Positions 12,888 to 27,979 of a stretch of DNA of 64,000 bases are shown in pieces. Source of the DNA: Octopus vulgaris (lineage: Eukaryota); the NCBI GenBank assembly GCA_951406725.2, contig OX597838.1, forward strand, positions 34,968,001 to 35,032,000. Reading direction: 5' to 3'. The position numbers were made by a program, and so were the translations under genes. The notes under the pieces are model-generated. The model made no database searches. It saw only the letters and a program-made list of their open reading frames with translations, and was not told where the DNA came from. Position 1 is the stretch's first letter. Each line of letters begins with the position of its first letter.

Positions 12888-13220
12888 CGTATTTACAAAG
12901 TCGGAAAACAGCACAGCTCCCATGACTTTAGGAAACATTTTTTCACGCTGAGAGTTGCTGAAGCATGGAACAAACTGCCGGCATCAGTTGTTAGATGTCG
13001 GAGCACTGCATCCTTCAAAACTTCCATGCTTCCTGAGATTCGCCAACACTACACCTGATCTTTCTCCCCTCCATACACACACAAGCATGTATCTGACTCA
13101 TACATTGTTCGCTTTCCAGACATTTGTACATTACTGCATATACTTTATACACACTTTTCACAAGTTGTGGTGCACCTGAGCACTGGATACAATAATTTCA
13201 TTATTATTATTATTATTATT
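12888..13220 (+). mobile_element. CR1-like LINE 3' end, second family
   Basis: Translates [32 protein letters not shown]...SFKTSML, with a 3' UTR ending in (ATT)n. Further copies at 16140-16500(-) and 27360-27710(+), and a fragment at 19370-19425(-). Confidence 0.82.
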
Positions 13221-13944
13221 ATTTTTATATATAAAACTGAGAATGTGTGTCTGTCTGTCTGTCTGTCTGTCTGTCTGAAATCTTGGGAAGGTTATCACAA
13301 ATTCATATCAAGAATTTTGCTAACCAAATACAAAATGAAATGTGTGTGTGTGCATTTAAATACACACACACACACACACACACATAAATAAGAAAGATGG
13401 ATAAATAGATAGCTCTACATGCAGGTACATATATACTTGCATACATGCATGATTGCAAACAGACAGACGTGCATGCAAACACACACGTGCACACGTGATA
13501 AAATTTTCCACCAAGACTGATGCAACTCGTCAGCAACAAGTAGAAACCCCCAAAAAAAAAAAAAAAAAAGAACGGAAAGAACCAAGAAATGTTTGTAGAG
13601 CCAGCTGTGTGAAGAATTTAGTTTAAGCAGAGTAAGTTCAGTGCAGTGTCTACTTCACCCCTCCCACCACCACCGATATGCACACCCTTTCTCGCTAGCA
13701 GTGTAACCTGAACTTGCGCACAGTACTTGTGCACAGTACTTCGCATACCAGACAGAATATAACACATGGCAGGGAAGAGAGTAAGGATGGGGGAAAAAAA
13801 AGGGCACATGGATCAATATTTATCTCCCTTGCTGACAGGAATTGCATCATCTCCCCCCCCCCCCCCAAGCCATTGTGAAGATGCAGAGTTCTTTTAGAGG
13901 AAGTATCAAAGATAGAACTTAGGCAGGCACCCACACAAATATTT

Positions 13945-13949
13945 GTGTG

Positions 13950-14016
<67 letters not shown>

Positions 14017-14074
14017 TGTTCTATTTGTGTGTATATATATATTTGTATATATATATATATATATATATTTGTAT

Positions 14075-14113
<39 letters not shown>

Positions 14114-14149
14114 CACACTTTTGTATTTGTGTGTGTATATATATATATT

Positions 14150-14186
<37 letters not shown>

Positions 14187-14287
14187 TTGTATTTGTGTGT
14201 GTGTGTATATATATATATATATGTATATATATACATTTGTATTTGTGTGTGTGTATATATATATGTATATATATATACATTTGTATT

Positions 14288-14332
<45 letters not shown>

Positions 14333-14381
14333 ATTTGTGTGTGTGTGTATATATATATGTATATATATATACATTTGTATT

Positions 14382-14445
<64 letters not shown>

Positions 14446-14470
14446 TTTGTATTTATGTGTATATATATAC
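13945..14470. repeat. Compound (TG)n/(TA)n microsatellite with a higher-order unit (catttgtatttgtg)
   Basis: Seen directly; explains the YI/CV/HT ORFs. Confidence 0.95.
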
Positions 14471-15185
14471 AGGCGCAGGAATGGCTGTGTGGTAAGTAGT
14501 TTGCTTCCCAACCACATGGTTCTGGGTTCAGTCCCACTGCATGGCACCTTGGGCAAGTGTCTTATACTATAGCCTTAGGCTGACCAAAGCCTTGTGAGTA
14601 GATCTCGTAGATGGAAACTGAAAGAAGCCTGTTATATATATATGTGTGTGTGTGTGTGTATGCATATGTGTGTGTGTGTATGCATGTATGTATGTATGTA
14701 TGTGTATGAAGAGAAAGAGGAGAGTGGGTAGGAGACAGCGGAACCAAAATGCTGTAAGCACCCTGCTGCAACAGGAACTTTGAAAATCAGCTAAGAATGC
14801 CAACTTCCTTACCTGTCACCAAAATATCTTGAAGGAATATTTCAGTGGCACACTTGTAAATAGTATTTCCACTTCTGCTTGAACTTTTCTGTCAAACAAA
14901 AGGAAATATCCTAAATGATGTTCGATCTCAGTCCCACAGATATATAATCACTTCTCTAAAGCAGTGGTACCAAAACTGGGTGGTATTGACCCTCTGGAAG
15001 GGCACCCAGCCATAAAACCCATGCCTCAGCAGCAGACAGCTGGAGTCTGGATGACTCCCTGCTAGCTATCTTCATCTCAAACCATCCAGCCATTGCCAGC
15101 ATGGACAGCAGACGTTAAATGATGATGATGATAATGATTACTATTCATGCATGCATGCATGGGCATGCACACATACGCATACACA

Positions 15186-15985
15186 CAGGGTGCAGATAAT
15201 ATTCGTTGACACAATGACTGTCTGAAGTAAAAATAAAACAGTTTTTATTTTTTCAGATATATTTGTCCTGATGAACCCACTTTTGGCCTCAGTGACAGCC
15301 TGCAGGCCACATTGGAATAGGCCCCAAGCCTTCATTACCATCTCCCGTTTTAGGCCCCTGAAGGTCCTGGTCATCCTGGCCCCAAGCCTTCATTACCATC
15401 TCCCGTTTTAGGCCCCTGAAAGCCCTGGACATCCTGGCCCCAAGCCTTCATTACCATCTCCCGTTTTAGGCCCCTGAAAGCCCTGGTCATCCTGGCTCCA
15501 AGTCTTCATTACCATCTCCCGTTTTAGGCCCCTGAAGGCCCTGGTCATCCTGGCCCCAAGCCTTCATTACCATCTCCCGTTTTAGGACCCTGAAGGTCCT
15601 GGTCATCCTGGCCTCAAGCCTTCATTACCATCTCCCGTTTTAGGCCCCTGAAGGCCCTGGTCATCCTGGCCCCAAGCCTTCATTACCATCTCCCGTTTTA
15701 GGCCCCTGAAGGCCCTGGTCATCCTGGCCCCAAGCCTTCATTACCATCTCCCGTTTTAGGCCCCTGAAGGCCCTGGTCATCCTGGCCCCAAGCCTTCATT
15801 ACCATCTCCCGTTTTAGGCCCCTGAAGGCCCTGGTCATCCTGGCCCCAAGCCTTCATTACCATCTCCCGTTTTAGGCCCCTGAAGGCCCTGGTCATCCTG
15901 GCTCTCAGCTTCTCCTTCATGTTGTATCTGGATTTGTTGGTCTCTTGTTTCATCATGCCCCATGCGAATGTTTTCATAGTCACTT
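15186..15985 (-). mobile_element. Tc1/mariner-superfamily transposon remnant (transposase C-terminus and terminal repeat) split by a 58-bp tandem array
   Basis: Collapsing the array gives AWGMMKQETNKSRYNMKEKLRARMTRAFRGLKREMVMKAWGLFQCGLQAVTEAKSGFI. This matches the WG..E..TN.....LKA.I......ACxxFRxRLEAVxEAxGGFI pattern of mariner/maT-type transposases. The terminus CAGGGTG is at 15186. Confidence 0.7.
15320..15899. repeat. 58-bp minisatellite, 10 copies
   Basis: ggccccaagccttcattaccatctcccgttttaggcccctgaaggccctggtcatcct; first unit at 15320, last at 15842 (9 x 58 apart). Confidence 0.96.
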
Positions 15986-16729
15986 ATTTTGTGAAAAAAT
16001 AAAGCGAAAATGGTTATTCAATTTTAAGAAGAAAAAACAGACAACGAAAGTAAAACAAAAATGAGTGAAATTAGCTGAAAATTGCTAAAGAAAACTGCCC
16101 ACATCCTGTATATGTTTGTATGCATGTATATAATAATAATAATAATGAAATTATTGTATACAGTGCTCAGGTGCACCACAACTTGTCAGAAAGTGCGTAT
16201 AGAGTATATGCAGTAATGTACAAATGTCTGGAAAGCGAACAGTGTATGAGTCAGATACATGCCTGCGTGTGTATGGAAGGGAGAAAATCAGGTGTAGTGT
16301 TGGCGAATCTCAGAAAGCATGGAAGTTTTGAAGGATGCAGTGCTCTGACAACTAACAACTGATGCCGGCAGTTTGTTCCATGTTTCAGCAACTCTTAGTG
16401 TGAAAAAATGTTTCCTGAAGTCATGGGAGCTGTGACGTTTTCTGACTTTGTAAATATGTCCACAGGTGTTAGACAGGGGGAGTTTGAAAAGGTGCTCAGA
16501 GTTATTGTTTTTGTTTATGTATGCATGTATGCATGCATGTATGTATGTATGTTTCTATGTATGTATGCATACGTACACACACATACATGTATTTATGTGT
16601 ACACACACACACATATATACATGTATTTATGTGTACACACACACATATATGCATGTAATTATTTATGTGTACACACACACATATACATATATACATGTAT
16701 TTATGTGTACATATATATATGTATGTATG

Positions 16730-16783
<54 letters not shown>

Positions 16784-16805
16784 TGTATATTTATGCATGT
16801 GTGTG

Positions 16806-17141
<336 letters not shown>

Positions 17142-17302
17142 CATGGGAGTGGCTGTGGGGTAACAAGTTTGCTTCCCAACCACAAAGTTCCAGGTTCATT
17201 CTCATTGCATGGGCAAGTGTATTCTACATTATCCTTGGGTTGACCAAAGCCTTGTGAGTGGATTTGCGAGATGGAAACTGAAAGAAGCTGATTGTGTGTA
17301 TA

Positions 17303-17340
<38 letters not shown>

Positions 17341-17542
17341 CCCCTCTCATCACAACCATTTGACAACCAATCTTGGTGTGTTTATGCCCCTGTAACTTAG
17401 TGGTTCAGCAAAAAAGACTGATAGAATAAGTACTAGGCTTAAGAAATCAGTCCTGGGGTCAATTTATTCAACTAAACACTCTTCAAGCAGTGCTCCAGCA
17501 AGGCCACAGTCAAATGACTGAAACGAATAAAAGAATAAAAGA

Positions 17543-17696
17543 AGTGGCTGTGTGGTAAGTAGCTTGCTTACCAACCACATGGTTCCGGGTTCAGTCCCAC
17601 TGCGTGGCATCTTGGGTAAGTGTCTTCTACTATAGCCTCGGGCCGACCAAAGCCTTGTGAGTGGATTTGGTAGACGGAAACTGAAAGAAGCCCGTC

Positions 17697-17730
<34 letters not shown>

Positions 17731-17945
17731 GTGTGTGTGTGTTTGTGTGTCTGTGTTTGTCCCCCTAGCATTGCTTGACAACCGATGCTGGTGTGTTTAC
17801 GTCCCCGTCACTTAGCGGTTCGGCAAAAGAGACCGATAGAATAAGTACTGGGCTTACAAAGAATGAGTCCCGGGGTCGAGTTGCTCGACTATAAAGGCGG
17901 TGCTCCAGCATGGCCGCAGTCAAATGACTGAAACAAGTAAAAGAG
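17543..17945 (+). mobile_element. SINE family A copy, directly after an older copy (17140-17535)
   Basis: agtggctgtgtggtaagtagc...ggttccgggttcagtccc (A/B-box-like head) through ...gactgaaacaagtaaaagag tail. Confidence 0.85.
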
Positions 17946-18606
17946 AAAAAGAGAAAGAGAAAATATATACATATATATAATATGTATATTCACACACACA
18001 CACACGCACACACATACACATGTATGTATGTATATATATGTGTGTGTACGCATACACATATATTTCCACTGTTTGTGGATGTATTGAGATTGAAACAAGT
18101 CTGGCGTGCCCCGGTGTGTAAGTACTGAGTAAACTGCAGCCTCATTTCAAAGAAACCAGCAGTCACTCTCCCTGGCCCTATTAACCATTCACACATTCAT
18201 AGTCACACGTCCACACACACTCTTTACATTCACACTTACGCACACATACAAATACCTACGTTCTTTCACCCTCTTCTTCTTTCTCTCCGCCTCTCTCCGT
18301 CTCTCTCTCTCTCTATTTGTCTTTCTTTTTCTTTCTCTCATTAGTTCACATTCACACAGGCTTCTTATACAACAATCTAATTTATCTACATCTATGCACA
18401 GATAGAGATCTAACCACCCTAAACGCACACTGTACAGTAGTAGACCTTTATTGTGTGCTAGAATGTACCACGTTACTGTATGACATATAAACACTTCATA
18501 GATAACACCAAACAGACCGGAAGGACCCCCACAGGCACCTTGCCACACACCCACAGAACCTCACAAACTAAAGGAGTGGTGATACCCTCTCCGAGACGTA
18601 AGTTCC

Positions 18607-20045
<1,439 letters not shown>

Positions 20046-20767
20046 GTCTGTTTATAATACACACACATATATATATATGTAAATACAGTGTACATTTAAA
20101 CACATAAGAGGTGACCATCATAGGACACCTAGCATGCTAGAAGGAATAGCCAAAATCCAAACCACTGTTGAGGACAAATCTCGAAGGGAATGAAAAATAA
20201 AAACATATACCATCATTTTTCATTTTGGATTTTGGCTACTCTTTCCAGCATGCTAGGTGTCCTATTAGGGTCATTTCTCATGTGTTTAAATGTACACTGT
20301 ATTTATATGATCACATACATACATAATGTGTGTGTGTATACATACATCCTTGTGTTCACTTATGTGATATGTATATAAGCATATTACTGTACCATATTAC
20401 ATATATATGTTTTACAGTGTTAAATATTTTTCTTTATTTGAATGAAGGAATGTAGTTTTTAGTAATGATACTAACAACAGTTAAATACCCTACCATATAC
20501 TAATTAGTACTCATTTTTTTTTATGTATTTGCTAATCTCTGTATATTCGTTATTCGATATTTAATTATTGAAAATATTTGTATATATTTACTTCTCTGCA
20601 TTTGTAGTTATTTATGTTGCTTTAGTGCCTGTCTGTCTCTGTGTCTGTCTGTCTGTGTCAGACTGTCTCTGTGTCTGTCTGCCTCAGTCTGTCTGCCTCA
20701 GTCTGTCTGTCTGTTTGTTTGTCTGTCTGTCTCTGTCTTTCTATCTGCTTTTCTGTATGTGTGTGTG

Positions 20768-20799
<32 letters not shown>

Positions 20800-21719
20800 A
20801 CAAAGTGGAGTTGTGGGGTACCGCACAAGTGGAATTATATATGAAAGAAGGTTTGAAAATGCAATTTAAAAGATGTTCATTTACTTTACCGGTTTCACTC
20901 TTTGGAAAAAGATTGTCAAAAGTAACATGTAGAAGTTTGGTTGCGTTAATTATTGGTTGTTGCAAATTGCTACATTACATTTATACAGTCTTTTGTTACA
21001 GGGACATGTTAAGGACATAAAAAAGTTCAACAAGTTCCTTAAAATATTGGGCCCAAAATATTACTACATAAATAATCGTTCTCAAGGACATGCTTAAGAT
21101 AGTTTCCAGAAGGAATTCATATTGGTATTGTATCTGTATATTCAAACATGCACAGAATATTGGCTGACACAAAGTACTATAATCCATATAAATATACAGT
21201 CTTTGGTGACAACAGTATGTTGAGAATATAAAAAAGTTTAACAAGCTCATTGAAATAATGGGAAGAAAAGATTACAACAAATATATTATACATCTCAAGA
21301 TAATTTCCAGGAGGAATTATTAAAAAAGTTCAGTAAACACGTAAAGAATATTATGAGTTAAAAAAGATTTACATTATTATAGTGGTGAAGCTAAAACTGA
21401 CCTGTCCGTTTTAGGAGGAGAAATGTGGAAATATATATATATATATGTGGAGGCGCAATGGCCCAGTGGTTAGGGCAGCGGACTCGCGGTTTCGATTCCC
21501 AGACCGGGTGTTGTGAGTGTTTATTGAGCGAAAACACCTAAAGCTCCACGATGCTCCAGCAGGGGGTGGTGGCGATCCCTGCCGTACTCTTTCGCCAAAA
21601 CTTTCTCTCACTCTTTCTTCTGTTGGCCTGCTCGCTTAGCCAGCAGGGTGGCGTCATTTGAAGGCTAAAACAATGCAAAGCGCATTGTGACCAGCGATGT
21701 GTAGCAACATCTGATAGCC

Positions 21720-21923
21720 TCGCGTGTGTACCGTTGGCGATTTTTTTTTTCCCCCTGTCTTCCCTTCTCTGGATCTTTCCTTCTCCTATTTTTCCGACGA
21801 AGAGCTCTGCTCGAAACGTTAAACCCTCCTTCTTTCCTTCTTTCCTGAGCGTCCAATAATACTATATTTGTTCCACGTCCTAGCGTTGTTGTGGTTTGTG
21901 TGCTTTCATGTTTGGATTAACTT

Positions 21924-21925
<2 letters not shown>
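21720..21925 (+). mobile_element. Penelope-like fragment, family P1, with a hammerhead-like motif
   Basis: Copies at 24945-25130(-) and 40835-41048(+). The shared core is gttt-CYGACGA-a-gagc-tcy-gctc-GAAA-cg-tW-aaac. Copies abut TA/TG tracts. PLE assignment is inferred. Confidence 0.55.
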
Positions 21926-21972
<47 letters not shown>

Positions 21973-22693
21973 TTTATTTAAAGCAGCAAAACTCAGAGTA
22001 ACAGGTTTTGTTGAATTTTCTACTGCTTTAAATAAAGCATATTACTCTACCACTGGTATTTGAGTACTCTTTTTTCCACCTTGTTTCACATTTATGTGTT
22101 TACTCCGGTATATATATATATACATACATACAGTATATGACTAGGGTGTTAGAAAACCTTCATTGCTGGAAATAAAAGCTAAAATACTCTAGTGCTTTGA
22201 CAACAGCATTAGAGCATCTTAGCTCTTATTTCTAGCAATGTAGGTGTCCTAACACCCTAGTCATATATAGTGACAATTACAGTTTTCCTTTTTTGTAACA
22301 CATTGCACACCACTGTCTACATTAATTTTATATATACTCTTTTACTCTTTTACTTGTTTCAATCATTTGACTGTGGCCATGGTGGAGCACCACCTTTAAT
22401 CGAGCAACTCGACCCCGGGACTTATTCTTTTGTAAGCCCAGTACTTATTCTATCGGTCTCTTTTGCCGAACCGCTAAGTAACGGGGACATAAATACACCA
22501 GCATCGGTTGTCAAGCAATGCTAGGGGGACAAACACAGACACACAAACACACACGCGCATATATATATATATATATATATAATCAAGGAACGTAAAAATG
22601 GTTTATGACTATTTAATTTTTTCCTACTAGGCCGCTGGTGGCAAAAGAATTCTACAAAATTTTTTTGCCACCCTATATTGATTAATTATATAC

Positions 22694-22724
<31 letters not shown>

Positions 22725-23689
22725 TACGACGGGCTTCTTTCAGTTTCCGTCAACCAAATCCACTCACAAGGCTTTGGTCGGCCCGAGGCTATAGCAGAAG
22801 ACACTTGCCCAAGCTGCCACGCAGTGGGACTGAACCCGGAACCATGTGGTTGGTAAACAAGCTACTTACCACACAGCCACTCCTGCACCTATATATATAT
22901 ATATATAATGCAGGTATGTCGTATTTTCACTTGGCTTTTTATTTAATCCTGAAAATATACAATCTTTATATATAACATCACTACCATGTGGTTTCGGAAT
23001 CGGTCACACAATGTGGCACCTTGAATATCTTCTAGTATCCATGTGAAAGGATTACACAGCTCTGTCTTATGTATCATTTTTTTCTTTCATTCACAAAGTG
23101 TATGATTTGTACAAGGTTTGGCTGCTATTTCTCACTGTATAGAAGCACTCCCTTTCATTTGAATCCCTGCATTTGCTTTAGTTTGGTGCAAAAATGCAAT
23201 AAGTAATATCGTCTATAAAAATAAACACAAAGTTCTGTCTGTCTGGGAACCCTGTATCTTAGTCTACATTTGCTCTGTATAGACATACTCCCTTTCACTC
23301 TTTCATTTGTTTCAGTCATTTGACTGTGGCCATGCTGGAGCACGGCCTTTAATTGAGCAAATTGACCCCAGGACTTATTCTTTGTAAGCCTAGTACTTAT
23401 TCTATCGGACTCTTTTACTGAATCACTGAGTTACAGAGATGTAAACACACCAACTGTTTTCAAGTGGTGGTGGTGAGAGACAAACACAGACACAAAGACA
23501 TGCATTATATATGTGTGTGTGTGTGTGTGTGTGTGCATAAGTAAATATATAGATATACATTCGTATAATTAATGTTTTTCCCAAGCTAATGCGTTGTAAA
23601 AGAGTTATTTCAGACAGGATTTTACAGCCATATAAACTTCCTGAAGCCAATTTTATCCCACAATTTTTTCCTCATCAGTGATATATACA

Positions 23690-23921
23690 CACACATACAT
23701 GCATGCATGCATGCATGCATACATACATACATACATACATACATACATACATACATACATACATACATGCATGCATGCATACATACATACATACATACAT
23801 GCATGCATGCATGCATGCATACATACATACATACATACATACATGCATGCATACATACATACATGCATGCATGCATACATACATACATGCATACATACAT
23901 GCATGCATACATGCATACATA
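23690..23921. repeat. (CATA)n/(CATG)n tetranucleotide microsatellite
   Basis: Seen directly. Confidence 0.95.
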
Positions 23922-24909
23922 CAGGCGCGGGCATGGCTGTGTGGTTAGGGAGCTTGCTTCCTAGCTACATGGTTTCGGGTTCAGTCCCACTGCGTGGCAC
24001 TTTGGGTAGGTGTCTTCCGCTATAGCCCCGAGCTGACCGAAGCTTTGTGATTGAATTCGGTAGGCGGGAGTTACTGCCGTGTGTGTATGTGTGCGTATAG
24101 CTGCTCAGTGCCTCTCCGAAAGAGAGAGAGAGGGGGATACATGTGTGTGTTAATGGTTAGGGCATTTGGTTCACGGCTGTAAGTTCAATACCTGGCGGTA
24201 TGTTGTGTCCTTGAGCAAGACACTTTATTTCACGCTGCTCCAGTCCTCTCAGTTGGTGAAAATGAGTATTACCTGTATTTCAAAGGGGCCAGCCTTGCCA
24301 CACTCTGTGTCATGCGGAATCTCCCCTGAGAACTACATTAAGGGTATATGTGTCTTTGGAGCGTTCAGCCACTTGCACATTAATTTCATGAGCAGGCTGT
24401 TCTGTTGATCGGATCAACTGGAACCCTCGTCCTCGTAACTGACAGAGTGCCAGTTATTTTGATCTGCGTAAAAAGCTCAACAAGAAGAGTACTCCATCTA
24501 ATGAGAGTCCAATATTAATGTATGTGTTTCACTCCAGCATATGTATGATATGTATGTATGCATATGTGTGTGTGTTTATGTATATGTATATATATATATA
24601 TATAGCCTCATCTGGCACCTGTGCTGGTGGCACGTAAAAAGCACCCACTTCACTCATGGAGTGGTTGGCGTTAGGAAGGGCATCCAGCCATAGAAACATT
24701 GCCAGATCAGACGGCCTGGTGCAGCCTTCTGGCTTCCCAGACCCCCGTTGCACCGTCCAACCCATGCCAGCATGGAAAGCGAATGCTAAACGATGATGAT
24801 GACGATGAATGAGGAGGCACAATGGCCTAGTGGTTAGGGCAGCAGACTCACGGTCGTAGCATCACGGTTTCGATTCCCAGCCCGGGCGTTGTGAGTGTTT
24901 ATCACAGTG

Positions 24910-24940
<31 letters not shown>

Positions 24941-25680
24941 TATAAGGTTAATCCAAACATGAAAACACAAAGAGAAAACACAACAACGTGAGGACGTGGA
25001 ACAAATATAGTATTATTGGATGCTCAGGAAAGAAGGGAAGAAGGAGGGTTTTACGTTTCTAGCGGAGCTCTTCGTCAGAAACATAGGAAAAGGAAAGATC
25101 CAGAGAAGGGAAGACAGAGGAAAAAACACACATGACACCTTGGGTAAGTGTCTTCTAATAAAGCTCCAGTTTAACTGACTTGTCTTAAGAATGGTTTTTG
25201 TAGACAGAAATTGAAAGAAGCCCATTGTACGTACATATTTATGTGTGTGTTACACTGTTATAAACACAGTCTCCTAACGGCCAATAATGTTGCCGAATGG
25301 TTCCATGCGAAAGAACTTCCAGTTATGGAAAGGTGAAGTAACGCCTATCAGACAAAGCTGAATGGAAAAGTATAGCTTGGGATTTATTTCTTTTTTATTT
25401 TTTACTTGTTTCCTGGAGGTGTAAAAACACTACATCTGATTAACGAGATTCTGAAATAAAAAAAAATGCAACAAAATTCATTTGTGGAAAATACTTTCAT
25501 TGAAAACTGATGCTAGTGCGTTTAAGTCCCCGTAACTTAGCAGTTCGGCAAAAGAGAACGATAGAATAAGTACTAGGCTTACAAAGAATAAGTCCTGGGG
25601 TCGATTTGTTCGACTAAAGGCGGTGCTCCAGCATGGCCACGGTCAAATGACTGAAACAAGTAAAAGAGTAAAAGAATTAA

Positions 25681-25898
25681 CCCTTTCGTTACTGTATTTA
25701 TTTTTAGATGCTCTGTGTTACATTCAACTAATTTTAAATATAATGAAGAATTTAGTAAAAGAACTTAGTTATCATTAAGCTAGTGTTGAGAACATAAATT
25801 GTGACTAAGGTTTGGTGGAAGATTTTAATTCAAAACTTACGAAAGTAAGACATCTGTACTAGCCAGAGCCGGTTTTGGCCGGGTTGGTAACGAAAGGG
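25681..25898. mobile_element. piggyBac-type MITE monomer
   Basis: TIRs ccctttcgttac / gtaacgaaaggg, flanked by TTAA at 25677-25680 and 25899-25902. Confidence 0.85.
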
Positions 25899-26473
25899 TT
25901 AAAAAGAGTAATACAAGGCTTACCCCGAAACCCATTAGAGTTATGTCCCTTAGATTGGTCCTATTTTACCATTGTCCTGCATGCTGGCGGCATATGTGTC
26001 AACAGTCAAAATATCTGATTCTAGACTGGGGAAAGAGAGGGATAAGGGTGAGGTGAGGATGGTAAGAGAGAAAGTGATATATAGATGATAGTTTTCTTAA
26101 AGAACATGAATGGGTGCATATATGTATGTCATTTTTATTTCAAGATTTCTTGCCAATAGAGAAAGAGCTAGTTTCTAACCTAGATCCTAGGCCTTCATTG
26201 GAATTTCAATATCAAGAACAGAGTATTTTTATTTGCATGTATGTATGTATGTATGCAGATTTGTATGTTTTATTTCATGTATGTATTCTCATGCATATAA
26301 TTGCATATCTAAACATGCTCATATATATTTAAATGATAAACTTCTGGGAAGTTTTACAGATTTTTACAGTTCCAGTGATGGATTGGATCTGTAGTCTTAG
26401 AATTAGCTTTCTCCTTTCTGGTTTTGAGAAGCCTAAGTTCTCAAGATTGGTATTTAGGCAGTATGTACATCCT

Positions 26474-26512
<39 letters not shown>

Positions 26513-26549
26513 TAAATATTATAATATTTTTTATATATATATATATATA

Positions 26550-27018
<469 letters not shown>

Positions 27019-27760
27019 GTGAAACTAGAATCAATCAATCAATCAATCATATGTACATTTATTTGTTCATTCATTCTCTTCTGTTTATAGCTTTTTAACC
27101 TCTTCCTTTGAAGAAGGAACTGGTTTAACAAAGATACAAAGCTCCATCATTGGAATGTAGATAATGAAAACATTGTCACATTTTAAACTTGAGACAAGCC
27201 TGGCATAGTTTTACTATTCTGTTTGTAGATTGTATTTGTAATGTGTGAAGAAGTTTGTGTGTGTGTGTTTTATTTAAGTTTTTCTTTAGGGAGTTCAAGC
27301 TGGTTGTTGACAAATTGACATGATTTTTTGAGCTAAAAGAGTTAAGAGAGACTTTTCAAACTCCACCTGTCTAACACCCGTGGACATGTTTACAAAGTCA
27401 GAAAACAGCACAGCTCCCATGACTTTTGGAAACATTTTTTCACGCTGAGAGTTGCTGTATCATGGAACACACTGCCGGCATCAGTTGTTAGTTGTCGGAG
27501 CACTGCATCCTTCAAAACTTCCATGCTTTCTGAGATTCGCCAACACTACACCTGATTTTCTCCCCTCCATACACACGCAAGCATGTATCTGACTCATACA
27601 CTGTTCGCTTTCCAGACATTTGTACATTACTGCATGTGCTTTATATGCACTGTCTGACAAGTTGTGGTGCACCTGAGCACTGTATACAATAGTTACATTA
27701 TTATTATAATATGTGGTTGAGTTGGTTTGTTGGTTGAGCTGTTGAGCTATTCACCTAAGG

Positions 27761-27979
27761 CAGTGCTTTTCAAACTTTTTGCTGGAGTGGAACCCCAAGG
27801 AAGCATTCCACTGGCTCGAGGAACCCCTGTTCAATAATTTAATAGTCTTATGCACACATATCTGTACAGGAGAATTAAAAATTACTGCTGATTTTAGCAG
27901 TTTTGTAACTTCTTGTGCAACCCCTGGACTGTACTGGCGGAACCCTAAGGTTCCGCGGAACCCTGATTGAAAACCACTG
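27761..27979. mobile_element. hAT (Charlie-like) MITE, 219 bp
   Basis: TIRs cagtgcttttcaa / ttgaaaaccactg; perfect 8-bp TSD acctaagg at 27753-27760 and 27980-27987. Confidence 0.88.

Noticed and set aside
15320-15899. Regular repeat array considered as CRISPR or a repeat-protein exon
   Set aside because: No spacers, a unit length of 58 that breaks frame, and derivation from a transposase remnant.
20990-21380. Weakly repeated AT-rich motif aaaaagttcaacaag
   Set aside because: Too degenerate to define a unit or boundaries by eye.
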